64,000 bases of DNA from Synechococcus sp. (GCA_051439605.1 JBFRWN010000016.1:9927-73926), one strand, 5' to 3'. Shown: positions 10,700-21,156, counted from the stretch's first letter. Program-made: numbers and translations. Notes: a model not told the origin generated them from the sequence alone.

Positions 10700-11797
10700 G
10701 TGGCCTCTATTACTTGGAAACTGGGTTGTGCAGTGACGTACCTGATAAGTTTGCTAGCGATCGCCGAGACTGCCGTTGGGGTCGAAGCAAACTGCCAGAG
10801 AGTGCCCGTTCCTAATGGGAGTTGTGGATGGCTCGCTCAAGTGTCCGCTTCAGATCGAGAGCTTGCTCGCTATAACGAGCGCCTGCAGCAGCACATCTCC
10901 CAAGAATGGAATCCCCTCAGTAGCGATCGGGCAGGGGAGGTCACCGTAGAGTTTTCGATCCAACGAGACGGTTCAATTTCCGGGCTCAAAATTCGACAGT
11001 CATCGGGGGACTCGGATGTGGATGCTGCCACATTAGAAACCATTCGAGCAGCTGTCCCTTTCGACCCGTTGCCCCTGTCCTATCAGCCGGAAATTTTGCC
11101 GATTGTTTTCACCTTTGCAACCAAGGCAAGTAATAATATCGACCCCTCCTATATGGAGAGTGTGAAGGCCGCTATTGCCGAACGCTGGTCACCTGACCCA
11201 ACAGAGACGCCAAGACGGGTGAGTTTGCAGTTTGAAATCACTAGAGATGGAACCGTTAACAATCTCATTATTTCCACACCATCCGGAGATAGCGCGTTTG
11301 ACAAGTTGGCAATCGAAGCGATTTCCATGGCCACCCCCTTCAATTCTTTGCCAGACGATTATGCTGGCGACTTATTACGCATCAACTATACTCTGAGCTC
11401 ATCGCAGATTATTCAACCCAATGTACCCGAGCGCTTGCAGGCATACGATTGCCTGGAAATTAGCGAATTAGAAACCAGTGGCCCCACTCACATCGATCCA
11501 GGCAACTACAACAATGAAACCTTGATACTGCGAGGGGACGTTACGAACAAGTGCGATGTAGGATTTGAGGTCGCTGCATGGCGAGCAACTATTTTCCCCG
11601 AAACATCGGATGTCGAACTAGGGGGTAAAACAGCCCTCGTCCGCACAATCCTGCCAGGAGAGACACAAACCATTTCCTTTTTCGTCAAGTTTGGAGAATT
11701 AAACTGGACTAACGACTACACCCCGGCCCGCATTCTCTCAGAAGGCTTTCGGTATGGCGTCTATCTCTCTAGCCTGTCTCCTATGGTGGAGGAATGA
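10700..11797 (+). CDS. Exported protein with two tandem TonB/TolA C-terminal domains
   Basis: A signal-like N-terminus is followed by two copies of W-x-P...V-x-F-x-I-x-RDG...SG...D-x-x-A/T...PF..LP and a C-terminal beta-rich domain. Confidence 0.8.
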   Translation: MASITWKLGCAVTYLISLLAIAETAVGVEANCQRVPVPNGSCGWLAQVSASDRELARYNERLQQHISQEWNPLSSDRAGEVTVEFSIQRDGSISGLKIRQSSGDSDVDAATLETIRAAVPFDPLPLSYQPEILPIVFTFATKASNNIDPSYMESVKAAIAERWSPDPTETPRRVSLQFEITRDGTVNNLIISTPSGDSAFDKLAIEAISMATPFNSLPDDYAGDLLRINYTLSSSQIIQPNVPERLQAYDCLEISELETSGPTHIDPGNYNNETLILRGDVTNKCDVGFEVAAWRATIFPETSDVELGGKTALVRTILPGETQTISFFVKFGELNWTNDYTPARILSEGFRYGVYLSSLSPMVEE

Positions 11798-12034
11798 AGA
11801 AAGCACAATAGTTTTAGCTTTATGAAGCTTCAAACTTGCATGCCCTCGCTTTGACAAGGTGTTTCTGAGTCATCCTGCACTTCAGAGATTGATTGTCTAT
11901 CACTCTAAATTTTAGATCGAATCTCTTGCACTCTGAATCTATTGTTTCTCCACAGACTTCTATCTTTTGGCATTCAGATATCACTAAAGAATAAATAACC
12001 GGAGATATATCTTATTTACACTGCCAAATTGAAT

Positions 12035-12405
12035 CCGTCAGTCATCTAGCTGATAAACATGAGGTCAGTCGCAAGTTCCTGTACCAGCAAAAGAGAAAGC
12101 AACCGAAGCGCTCTCATAAGCATTGGCTCTAGCCAGCCAAGAGTCAGAGATCTTGTTCTCGATGCCAGTGACGTATGCTTGCTTCTATCTTTCGATTCTG
12201 GATCTAATCCTCATCTTCCACTCGTCCCACCGAGGCGTAGCGGAGTTTTTGCGACATGTGTTTGACTGGCACATTAGCGCAGGCTCTGTCCACAATCGCG
12301 TGCAAGCAACCACCCAGAAAGCAGAATCCGTAAAAAGGGCGGACCATTCCGGGATTCGAGATGGATTTGCACGATGAACTCTTCCAGACTGGAGAACCCT
12401 AGAAG
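12035..12405 (+). pseudogene. Degraded transposase fragment
   Basis: Frameshifted pieces VSHLADKHEVSRKFLYQQK, ILFSMPVT..LILIFHSSHRGVAEFLRHVFDWHISAGSVHNRVQ and DLHDELFQTGEP* resemble an IS transposase N-terminus. Confidence 0.65.
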
Positions 12406-12674
12406 CACTCTCGGCAGTAGCACTGAGTGTGACAGTCAAAATAGTGGCACAGTTTGACTTCATCTTTGTAAGAAAAATCGCGATCAATTAGATAGATACA
12501 GCAGCGATCGCGCAACCGATCCTCTGGAAAACCAGACTGAAAAGCTGGTCCTAGAAGAAATCTATACCTCGAGGTCGGCAATCATCCATTCCTCTTTTCT
12601 ACTAGATAAATCGGAATGTTGGAGATGCCTGCCTCGGAGATGCGATTGCACCAAGTGATTGCGAGCAACCAACT

Positions 12675-13424
12675 ATGAAAGACCTCCTCCTCCCCGTCCA
12701 AGAACTCACTCGAGATAGAAAGGACGTCATGTTTTCTCTGTTTAACAAACACTTCAGTGGTGTCAAGCGAGATGAGTTTGAAGCCGATTTAATGGCAAAA
12801 CAATGGGTCATTCTCCTGGAAGATAGCGATTTAGGACTGCTCCAGGGATTTACGACATTGCGCTTCGACAGCCTGAAGTTTAACCAGGAAAAAATCACCA
12901 CCCTGTACTCGGGCGACACCATCGTCGATCCGTCTGCCTGGTCTCAGTCCAGATTGGTACAGGCTTGGCTTGCCGCAGTGTTGCGATTGTGCCAGCAATA
13001 CGATGGCCAGCGGCTTTACTGGTTGTTGATTTCCTCCGGATATCGCACCTATCGATTTTTGCCCACCTTTTGGAAGGTGTTTTATCCCTGCTGCACGGCA
13101 GAAACCCCCACCTACGAAGGGGACCTGATGCAGTATTTAGGTCGCACGTACTTCGGCGATCGCTACGACGAAACAGCAGGAGTTGTCCGCTTTCCCCATG
13201 CCTACGTGCTGCGGGAGGAGCTGCAAGAGATTGCGCCAGGACGTTTGCAAAACCGCCACATTCGCTTTTTCACCGAACGCAATCCGGGGCACACCCAGGG
13301 AGATAACCTGGTCTGTTTGACGGAAATTTCGAGAGAAAACCTGACGAGGGCAGGCCAGCGAATGTTGCCCACCCAACTGGTGACTAACCAGCTTGAGTCC
13401 CACCGACTACCCGTCGGTGCCTAA
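12675..13424 (+). CDS. Hypothetical protein with probable GNAT-like fold, first gene of the biosynthetic operon
   Basis: This is a long ORF with motifs YSGDTIVDP and LYWLLISSGYRTYRFLP..F...YP. The GNAT-like fold is an inference. Confidence 0.7.
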   Translation: MKDLLLPVQELTRDRKDVMFSLFNKHFSGVKRDEFEADLMAKQWVILLEDSDLGLLQGFTTLRFDSLKFNQEKITTLYSGDTIVDPSAWSQSRLVQAWLAAVLRLCQQYDGQRLYWLLISSGYRTYRFLPTFWKVFYPCCTAETPTYEGDLMQYLGRTYFGDRYDETAGVVRFPHAYVLREELQEIAPGRLQNRHIRFFTERNPGHTQGDNLVCLTEISRENLTRAGQRMLPTQLVTNQLESHRLPVGA

Positions 13425-13448
13425 TGAAAAGCAAATGGGGACACGCCC

Positions 13449-14555
13449 GTGACCGTCAAGACTGAGATTTTTAATAACGCAAATTGCTTTATCGAGGGGT
13501 GGTACTGGGCGATCGCCTCTCGCCAGCTCAAAACCGGTCGGGTTGAGAGTATCAAACTGCTGGGCCGGAACTTAGCTCTCTACAGAAATCCAGCGGGTCA
13601 GGTGGTAGCGGTTGATGCCTACTGTCCGCACATGGGGGCGCATTTGGGGGAAGGAAAGGTTGAGGGAAATGGCCTTCGCTGCGGGTACCACGGTTGGAAA
13701 TTCAACGATCGTGGCAGCTGTGTCGACGTACCCTGCTTGGGCAAGGCGCTGCCGGTATCGGTGCACACCTGGCCAACAGCAGAGCATTACGGCATGGTTT
13801 GGGTTTGGACCGGACAGTCTCAGCCGCGATCGCTGCCTTGTGTCCCTGAGTTAGAGGGCACCGACTGCGATGTAGCGTTCGGCCGCTATTTCCTCAATAA
13901 CTGCCACCCCAATGTCACGTTAATCAATGCCATCGATGCCAATCATTTCAATGCGGTGCACGATATGCCGGTTGAGATTAACTTTCACACGGCGACCTTC
14001 TGCGACGAGGCAATCGTGTTTCGCAATACGACACGGGGGGGCAATGAGTATTGGTTGGCGCGGCTCCTGCAGCCTTTCTATCAAAACGAAGCTACCTACA
14101 GCATGTGCTACTGGTACGGCAGCGTCGGCACCGCAACCCTCGGACCGGATTTTCAGCACTTCTACGTTATGTTTGCCCTGCGTCCGTTGAATGGGGGGCA
14201 AACGGAAGGCCAAATGATAATGCTGACCCGCAAGCGTCCGGGCTTGACGGGGTGGCTGTACAACCGCCTGCTCCTGTGGCTAACCCAACAAGTGGGGGAT
14301 TATTTTGCCAAAGGCGATCGCCAGATTTTTCGCAGCATCCGGTTTGACCTCAAAACTCCCACCCCAGCAGACCGGTCAATCGTGGATTACATCAAACACG
14401 TCGAGTCTCAAACAGCACTGGCCTGGGGAAGTTGGCAGCCCTACAGCCCCGAGACTGAAGCATTAGAGCCAGAAGCCCAAGAGAAAACATCGGTTGCTCC
14501 CACACCAGCGATCGAACTAAACGGCGATCGATCCTTTTCACTGGAGGTTATATGA
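13449..14555 (+). CDS. Rieske non-heme iron oxygenase
   Basis: Rieske ligands CPH...CGYH and mononuclear Fe motif NAIDANHFNAVH with a later D. Confidence 0.92.
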   Translation: MTVKTEIFNNANCFIEGWYWAIASRQLKTGRVESIKLLGRNLALYRNPAGQVVAVDAYCPHMGAHLGEGKVEGNGLRCGYHGWKFNDRGSCVDVPCLGKALPVSVHTWPTAEHYGMVWVWTGQSQPRSLPCVPELEGTDCDVAFGRYFLNNCHPNVTLINAIDANHFNAVHDMPVEINFHTATFCDEAIVFRNTTRGGNEYWLARLLQPFYQNEATYSMCYWYGSVGTATLGPDFQHFYVMFALRPLNGGQTEGQMIMLTRKRPGLTGWLYNRLLLWLTQQVGDYFAKGDRQIFRSIRFDLKTPTPADRSIVDYIKHVESQTALAWGSWQPYSPETEALEPEAQEKTSVAPTPAIELNGDRSFSLEVI

Positions 14556-15457
14556 ATTCCAAATACGGTGTTGCCGGATTGCACCTGCCCCGCAGCCATC
14601 CTGAAGACAAGCTCCATCGAGTACTATCAGCAGCACTTTCCGGATCGACCCAGCCATTATCCGATGCGGGTCAATCGTATTGGGGGGCAGACCATTTCCA
14701 GCTCCAACAGGTGCAACTATTTCGGGAGGCCAGTACGACCGAGCAGCAACAGATTGTGGCACTAGCCTGCCGTCAGGTACTGGAAGAAGCCTACTGGATC
14801 GAGCAAGCGGGCGTCGGCTACATGGCCAAGATGGTGCTGCTGGCCGAGACAGCGGAAGAGCGCATGCTTTACGGTCTGTTTGCCGCCGATGAAGCCGAAC
14901 ACCTGGCCCAGATTCGTCGCTTTCTGCCAGCCCAGAAACCCACCAGCACGGGCGATCCGTTCCTGGAGATGCTGGCAGATGTGGTGGAAACCCAGAATAA
15001 AGCAGTGTTGCTGTTTGTCATGCAGGTGGTGCTGGAAGGGTGGGGCACCAGTCACTACCGCCATCTATCAGCAGATTGCCGAGATGGGGAGCTGAGTAAG
15101 CTGTTTGCGGACTTTCTGCAAGCGGAATCGCGCCATCATGCCGTGGGTCAGATCCTGTTTAGCCAAATGGCCCTCTCCGAGACTAGCCCACAGGCGATTG
15201 CCGAGATTCTGACCCAATTTCTACAAATGATTCAGGCGGGACCCCAGCGGGTGGTGGCGGCCATCGAGCAGGTGAAGGGACACCTGTCGCGGTCGCAGAA
15301 GCTGAGCATCTTCGAGCAGCTGGACAGCGAAACCCACAGCGGCACCCGACTGGCTCTATTGCGATCGCTCATGCAACATGCCGGGGCCGGATCGATTGTG
15401 CAGACATTGGAGGAGCAAGGGACCTTTCGGCCGTTCCCTGCTAGCCGATGCGTATGA
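14552..15457 (+). CDS. Ferritin-like (diiron carboxylate) protein
   Basis: Ligand pattern E(EAYWIE), DEAEH, LEG and ESRH. ATGA overlap with the upstream gene. Confidence 0.85.
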   Translation: MNSKYGVAGLHLPRSHPEDKLHRVLSAALSGSTQPLSDAGQSYWGADHFQLQQVQLFREASTTEQQQIVALACRQVLEEAYWIEQAGVGYMAKMVLLAETAEERMLYGLFAADEAEHLAQIRRFLPAQKPTSTGDPFLEMLADVVETQNKAVLLFVMQVVLEGWGTSHYRHLSADCRDGELSKLFADFLQAESRHHAVGQILFSQMALSETSPQAIAEILTQFLQMIQAGPQRVVAAIEQVKGHLSRSQKLSIFEQLDSETHSGTRLALLRSLMQHAGAGSIVQTLEEQGTFRPFPASRCV

Positions 15458-16668
15458 CGACTCTATTTCGCGAGCCCAAACCCAACAATCTGCTAGACAA
15501 CGGGGTGCTCTGTCGGAAGCTGCAAGTGAACTATCAACGCAACCGCCAGCAGGACCACACTCAAAAATTGGACGAAGCAGCCGCAACCTTTCGCTACCAA
15601 GACTGCAAAGACGAGTATTGGAATCCAGAGGAATTTTCCCTTGGCTACGGCACGCCACTGTGGCAGCAGTCCAGCCCCGGCCAACGTATTATCTTGAACC
15701 AACTCTATTGGGTGGCTTACTACTCGCAGATTATCTCGGCGGAAATTGCCACCATTCTGTTCAACCAGACCAGCGCCGCCGGACTTTACGCCCAGGAAGA
15801 CTTTCGCCAAGTCTGCGACATGTTGGATTTGGAATCCTCGCAGGAGCGAGCCCACATCCACGCGTTTAAGACGGTGTCGGAACAAGTGGAAGCCGCTGTA
15901 TTCGGCCAGCGGATTTTCACCTACCCCATGCGCGGCCCCTTCACCGAAACAATGATTTTCGCTGATACAAACGATCTGAAGCGGCGCTGGAAAAAACTGC
16001 AGCTATCCTGCTTCAGCTTGCTCTCGTCGGGGAATAACTTCTTGGCCTGCCAGTACTTCACGGTACGGGGACTGCGCACCCTCAACGGCAAGCTGGTGCA
16101 GCACAAACTCAGTCACTTCTATCAAACCCATCCCGATCCTGACAGCGCCCCCATCCCCTCTCAAATTTCCTACTACCACTTCCAGGATGAAAGCTTCCAC
16201 TTCAACAGCTCCACCATCCTGGCGCACGATGTGCTGACCTGCTTAAAGCCGCCCACTGGCTTCGAAGCGTGGGTGGCGAATTTAGGACTGCGGGGCTGCC
16301 AGCGAGATCACTATCATTTCTCGGCGGTAATGAACGGGATTTTTTGGTACGACCCCGCCCTTTACCCAGTCCTCTACCAAGTACTGCGCTCACATGTTTT
16401 CGGCATGGATGATCGCGAAGCCAAAGCCACCATGCGAGCTTGCTTTACTGCAGAATCCGAGGGGCTGCATCGCAGTTACCGCACCCACTCCGAAGCGGCC
16501 GATTCCTATCGGGCTTACCTGGAGCCAATTTCCTACGCCTGGCGCAGCAATCGCGAGATGTCGCTTATGCGATCGAACTCGATATCGCGCTATCTCGCCC
16601 TTCAACAAAGAGCGTTTGCGGCATTCGAGCGCCAATTTCGCCTGCCCAACGAATCCCATGGCAATTGA
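15454..16668 (+). CDS. AurF-like diiron oxygenase (p-aminobenzoate N-oxygenase / CylC-like superfamily)
   Basis: Motifs LGYGTPLW, SAEIAT, QERAH (ExxH) and DESFH (DExxH). The ATG at 15454 overlaps the upstream stop (ATGA). Confidence 0.82.
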   Translation: MTTLFREPKPNNLLDNGVLCRKLQVNYQRNRQQDHTQKLDEAAATFRYQDCKDEYWNPEEFSLGYGTPLWQQSSPGQRIILNQLYWVAYYSQIISAEIATILFNQTSAAGLYAQEDFRQVCDMLDLESSQERAHIHAFKTVSEQVEAAVFGQRIFTYPMRGPFTETMIFADTNDLKRRWKKLQLSCFSLLSSGNNFLACQYFTVRGLRTLNGKLVQHKLSHFYQTHPDPDSAPIPSQISYYHFQDESFHFNSSTILAHDVLTCLKPPTGFEAWVANLGLRGCQRDHYHFSAVMNGIFWYDPALYPVLYQVLRSHVFGMDDREAKATMRACFTAESEGLHRSYRTHSEAADSYRAYLEPISYAWRSNREMSLMRSNSISRYLALQQRAFAAFERQFRLPNESHGN

Positions 16669-16679
16669 GGAGTTTATCG

Positions 16680-16973
16680 ATGTCTTGCCCCAGCTGTACT
16701 GTCCGCTTTCCGCAAACAAAACACGAGCCCATCGTGCTGGAACGACATCAAAACTTGTCGGAGGTTCTGACGGTGCAAAACTCCCCCGTACTGTTTGGCT
16801 GCCGCACCGGTATTTGCGGCACTTGCCTGGTTCTGGTAGAGGGCGACATTCCCCCAGCCGATCGCGACGAGCGAGAGATGTTGGACATTCTCGCGGCGGA
16901 GTTGCCGCAGGCGAGGTTGGCTTGCCAGCTCGATCTGACCGGCGATATTGCGCTGGCGGTGGTGGAGCGGTGA
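16680..16973 (+). CDS. 2Fe-2S ferredoxin
   Basis: ATG at 16680 follows GAGGAG. The 97-aa protein has FGCRTGICGTC...RLACQ. It is the C-terminal part of the mis-started track ORF 16440-16973. Confidence 0.9.
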   Translation: MSCPSCTVRFPQTKHEPIVLERHQNLSEVLTVQNSPVLFGCRTGICGTCLVLVEGDIPPADRDEREMLDILAAELPQARLACQLDLTGDIALAVVER

Positions 16974-17023
16974 CGAGCAATGAAGTGGATTAGCATTCGC
17001 GATCGGTGAAGGAACAGGGTGAT

Positions 17024-18043
17024 ATGAAGTTCGAGGATTTTTGGTACGTAGTGGCGCAGAGCGATCAGCTCCGACTCGGTCAAGTGTTGCAGCGGACGGT
17101 GCTGGGGGAATGGCTGGCGGTATTTCGAGGGGAGGATGGCCAACCAGTTGCCCTGCGCGATCGCTGCTTGCATCGCCACAGTCGCCTTTCCACTGGCAAG
17201 GTGTGCCGGGGGCAGCTGCACTGTCCTTATCACGGCTGGGTGTACGACTCCGACGGGCGGGTGGTGGCCGTTCCAGCAGAGGGAGATTTCTTTCAGCCTA
17301 AGGCTCACCACGCACGCACCTACGCCACTTGCGAGCAGGATGAATATGTCTACGTGCGGTTGGCAAACGCTCCCGAAGAATCCTTTTCACCGTTTGCCAT
17401 GCCCCACTATGGCGAGTCCGGCTGGGAAACGGTCCGCGTCATCAACCGCTTTCGCAATAGCGTGACCCACTGCGTCGAGAACTTTATCGACGTGCCTCAC
17501 ACAGTGTCCGTGCATCCCGGTATCTTTCGATCGCCGCGCCAACAGCAGTTGGAAATGCAGGTATATCGCAGTGGCTCATCCGTGCGCGCCGAATACCGAA
17601 ATGAAACCACCAACTTGGGCTGGTGGCAGCGGTTTTTAAACGGGCGAGGGGAACCGGTCCACCATACCGATCGGTTTCACATGCCCAATATCACTAGCGT
17701 CCAGTACGACATGGGACCCAGACGGCAGTTGTTCATCACCAGCCAATCCATCCCCGAAACCGAAGATTCCACGCTGGTCTACACCGATGTCACCTTCAAC
17801 TACGGCCTGTGGAACCAGCTGGCCCGCCCTTTCGTGCGCTGGACCGCCCAGAAAATCATCCGCCAAGATGTCGAGATCTTAGGCATTCAGGGGGAGGTAC
17901 TGCACAAGTACGGCGAACAGTTCGCCCATACACCTGCCGATACCATTCATGTCTTTGTGGAGTCCATTCGCAACGCGATCGCTGCTGGCAAAGATCCCCG
18001 CCTGATGCCCGATCGCTCTGCATCAGTAACGTTTTGGGTCTGA
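17024..18043 (+). CDS. Rieske non-heme iron oxygenase (second copy)
   Basis: Motifs CLH...CPYHGW, ENFIDVPHTVSVH and QD. An alternative GTG start lies at 17006. Confidence 0.92.
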   Translation: MKFEDFWYVVAQSDQLRLGQVLQRTVLGEWLAVFRGEDGQPVALRDRCLHRHSRLSTGKVCRGQLHCPYHGWVYDSDGRVVAVPAEGDFFQPKAHHARTYATCEQDEYVYVRLANAPEESFSPFAMPHYGESGWETVRVINRFRNSVTHCVENFIDVPHTVSVHPGIFRSPRQQQLEMQVYRSGSSVRAEYRNETTNLGWWQRFLNGRGEPVHHTDRFHMPNITSVQYDMGPRRQLFITSQSIPETEDSTLVYTDVTFNYGLWNQLARPFVRWTAQKIIRQDVEILGIQGEVLHKYGEQFAHTPADTIHVFVESIRNAIAAGKDPRLMPDRSASVTFWV

Positions 18044-18774
18044 TGATGGTAGTACTTGCGGCGTTTATTACCCTGATGGTGCTGACGGTGGGACGGCGAT
18101 CGCAGCGGTCCGTCCTGCGCTCCAAGGGTTGGCAGGACTGGATTCTGGATGTAACGGGCCTGTGGATTCAGGGTCTCGCCATCCCTGTTTTGCAATTGGC
18201 CGTCGTCTATCGGTTCTATAGTTCTTTACTACCGACTGCACAAGACATTCTGGCGTTACCTCCAGTGGCTGCGTTTTTACTCAGCTTTGCAGGGGTGGAT
18301 TATCTCTACTACTGGAACCACAGATTGCTGCACAGTCACTGGCTGTGGCCCCTCCATTGCGTTCACCACACCGTCACCGACCTCGACGTACTGGGAACCT
18401 CCCGCAATAGTCTGTGGTCCAGCTTTTTTTTGCTTTATCTCTGGGTGCACCCACTATTCGTTTATCTGCTCCCCGATCCGCGCGCATATCTATTCGGTGC
18501 CAGCCTCACCGCAGCACTCGATCTCTGGAGGCACAGTCAGCTGGGGCCACAACCGTGTAGTCGCTGGTATCGCTGGTTGTCCCCCTGGATCGTCCTGCCT
18601 GGCGATCACGCTCGGCACCATGCCAGCAACCTAGAAGAACGAAATTTTGGAGCCAATTTCAAACTGTGGGACCGTTGGCACGGCACGGCTACTAGTGGCG
18701 ATCGCTCCCCCCCATCTCTAGGAATTTCCACCTCCCTCACCCTACTGCAGAAGTTAGTTTGGCCCTGGCAATGA
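18043..18774 (+). CDS. Sterol desaturase / fatty acid hydroxylase family membrane enzyme
   Basis: His boxes HRLLH, HCVHH and HARHH, plus NFG...WDRWHGT. TGATG overlap at 18041-18045. Confidence 0.88.
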   Translation: MMVVLAAFITLMVLTVGRRSQRSVLRSKGWQDWILDVTGLWIQGLAIPVLQLAVVYRFYSSLLPTAQDILALPPVAAFLLSFAGVDYLYYWNHRLLHSHWLWPLHCVHHTVTDLDVLGTSRNSLWSSFFLLYLWVHPLFVYLLPDPRAYLFGASLTAALDLWRHSQLGPQPCSRWYRWLSPWIVLPGDHARHHASNLEERNFGANFKLWDRWHGTATSGDRSPPSLGISTSLTLLQKLVWPWQ

Positions 18775-19394
18775 CCCCCCTCAGTCTGCTCCTCTCTGTC
18801 TTTCCTGCAGCAGTCTTGCTGCTGGCTGTTACAGCCATTGCGTGGCTGTGGATTGCTCAATCCGCGATCGCCTTTGCGGCCCTTCTCTTCGTCCTCTACG
18901 GTTTTCCCTTAGCCGTCTACCGCCTGCACGCTTGGGTGTATCCAATCCGCGAGGGGACGAGCTATTTACAGGGCAAAACCTACTCCCCTTGGTGGGGCAG
19001 CCATCAGCTACAGCAAATCTACATCGCGTTTCCAGTGTTAGAAGCCATCCTGCGCCTGATCCCTGGTGCATTTTCCCTGTGGTTGCGACTGTGGGGCTCC
19101 AAGGTGGGACGGGGAGTGTACTGGACGCCAGCGATTGAGATTGCCGATCGGGGGTTGCTGGAGATTGGCGATCGCGTGGTGTTCGGCTACCGCGTCGGGT
19201 TGCACGGTCACGTTGTCAAACCCAAGCAAGGCGATCTGTTGCTCTATGTCAAAACAGTCAAGATTGGCAGCGATGCCTTTATCGGTGCCGGGTCAGTATT
19301 GGGTCCCGGTGCGGCGCTGAGTGAGGGCAGCTTTCTGCCGGCGGAATCTCGTCTTTCAATCAATCAAACCGTCGATCGACAGGTGAAATTATGA
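18771..19394 (+). CDS. Membrane-anchored left-handed beta-helix acyltransferase-like protein
   Basis: N-terminal TM helices are followed by hexapeptide-like repeats (WLRLWGSKVG, IGDRVVFG, IGSDAFIGAGSVLGPG). ATGA overlap. Confidence 0.78.
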   Translation: MTPLSLLLSVFPAAVLLLAVTAIAWLWIAQSAIAFAALLFVLYGFPLAVYRLHAWVYPIREGTSYLQGKTYSPWWGSHQLQQIYIAFPVLEAILRLIPGAFSLWLRLWGSKVGRGVYWTPAIEIADRGLLEIGDRVVFGYRVGLHGHVVKPKQGDLLLYVKTVKIGSDAFIGAGSVLGPGAALSEGSFLPAESRLSINQTVDRQVKL

Positions 19395-21004
19395 AATGGC
19401 TCGTGCAAAGTTTTGGCCATCTGCTGGCTCCGGCAGCGCGCCAGTTTCAGTCGGCATTAGCTAACCCGCAGGAGGCCCAGAGTAAAGTTCAGGCGGATTT
19501 GTGTAGACGACTGGTTGCCAGCGAATACGGTAAATCTTTGGGTGTGCGATCGCTTGCAGACTGGCAGCATCTCCCCATCGTGGACTATGCCGACATCGAA
19601 CCCTGGATCGCACGACAGCGCGCCGATCGGACCTCTCTCCTCACTCCCGATCCAATTTCCTTCTACGAACAGACCTCCGGGACCAACGGTCCCGCCAAGT
19701 GGATTCCTTATACACAGAACCTGCGCAGCTCCTTTAATCAACTGTTCTGCATCTGGGCCCACGACCTCATTCGCCACGGTCCTGGTTTGAAAGGCGGCCA
19801 AGTCTATTTCTGCGTTTCGCCCCAGCTGGGGAAAACAGCCGATTTGCCTGCAGAGCAGTCCGTCGGTCTAGCCGACGATTCAGAATATTTGGACCCGTGG
19901 TTGAGAGTATTGCTCCGCCCCTTCCTTGTCTCTCCTCCCGGCATTAATCACCTGCAAGATCCAGAGCAATTTAAAGAGACACTCTGCCTCGCCCTGTTGG
20001 AAACGGAACGCTTAGAAACCGTCTCCATTTGGAGCCCCAGCTTCCTAAGCGTTCATCTCAACTACATACAAACCCACCGACATCGACTGCGACAGCAGCT
20101 CCGGCAGCGCATCTCTGCTCGCCGCTGGCAACTGCTGGCACAACCGCAAATCCCCTGGACGGAGCTGTGGCCTCAGTTAAAGCTGATCTCCTGCTGGGAT
20201 AGCGCTCATGCAGCGGATCGGGCTCAGGAGCTGCGATCTCGTTTCCCCGGAGTGTTGGTGCAGGGCAAAGGGTTACTCGCGACCGAAGCCCCGATGACAG
20301 TTCCTCTGATTGCCGCTGGAGGATGCGTGCCGATGTTGACCGAAGTGTTTTTCGAGTTTGAGGATACGGCCGGCGTTCTGCATCCGTTACACAAGGTCGA
20401 GGTCGGCGAAGAGTATTCGATCGTACTGTCTCAAAAAGGTGGGTTGTATCGTTATCGTATTGGCGATCGCGTCCGGATCAGTCACGTTTACATGAAAACC
20501 CCTTGCCTAGAGTTTCTAGGCCGCACTGCTGCCACCAGCGATCTAGTGGGCGAAAAACTCCATGCGGACTTTGTTGCGACAGTGCTGCAAGACTTAGCGC
20601 TAGAGAATCCCTCTTTCTGCTGCTTGGCTCCCATTTCTCGACCCAAAGCAGGCTATATTCTGCTGCTCGATCGCCTGAGAGTTCCGACATCGTTATCGGC
20701 TCAGTCTTGGTACAGCCGCGTAGCCGAACGCCTGGATGATGCCCTCTGCCAATCTCCCCACTATCGGCAAGCGCGCCTGTTAGGCCAACTAGTACCTGCA
20801 ACAGTCGCTGTTTCCAGTCATATCCCGAACTGGCTCATTTCCAGTCACCTCAAGGCAGGACAAAAGTGGGGCAATGTAAAACACCAAATATTACTGAACA
20901 AGCCTCTTACACAAAAGGAATGCTCTGAACTAGAAAAGCTATCAGAACTTGAACATCGATCTTTCTACGATGTCTTGTCAAGTCTCGATATCAAGTGCTA
21001 CTGA
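19391..21004 (+). CDS. GH3-family acyl-adenylate-forming ligase (acyl acid-amido synthetase)
   Basis: Motifs TSGTNG..KWIPYT, QGKGLLATEA, VFFEF, GGLYRYRIGD and FLGR...DLVGEKL. ATGA overlap. Confidence 0.9.
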   Translation: MKWLVQSFGHLLAPAARQFQSALANPQEAQSKVQADLCRRLVASEYGKSLGVRSLADWQHLPIVDYADIEPWIARQRADRTSLLTPDPISFYEQTSGTNGPAKWIPYTQNLRSSFNQLFCIWAHDLIRHGPGLKGGQVYFCVSPQLGKTADLPAEQSVGLADDSEYLDPWLRVLLRPFLVSPPGINHLQDPEQFKETLCLALLETERLETVSIWSPSFLSVHLNYIQTHRHRLRQQLRQRISARRWQLLAQPQIPWTELWPQLKLISCWDSAHAADRAQELRSRFPGVLVQGKGLLATEAPMTVPLIAAGGCVPMLTEVFFEFEDTAGVLHPLHKVEVGEEYSIVLSQKGGLYRYRIGDRVRISHVYMKTPCLEFLGRTAATSDLVGEKLHADFVATVLQDLALENPSFCCLAPISRPKAGYILLLDRLRVPTSLSAQSWYSRVAERLDDALCQSPHYRQARLLGQLVPATVAVSSHIPNWLISSHLKAGQKWGNVKHQILLNKPLTQKECSELEKLSELEHRSFYDVLSSLDIKCY

Positions 21005-21156
21005 ATTCGAGCATCCCCCCCAAAAAAAAGCATCTGTCTTACAAACACCATCAAACTACAGACAAAACGTTTCGCTAATCAGAACTTTGGCTGTCACTTG
21101 AGAGCGGATTAAGTGATGCAAGAATGTTTGCAAAAAGACAAGATTAAATCTGGCGT

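Noticed and set aside
16394..16993. Overlapping ORFs 16394-16993, 16390-16980 and the N-terminal part of 16440-16973
   Set aside because: These are shadow frames of the AurF-like gene. Only 16680-16973 (ferredoxin) has motifs and an RBS.
17809..18042. N-terminal extension of the desaturase ORF
   Set aside because: It overlaps the Rieske gene, and the TGATG coupling supports a start at 18043.
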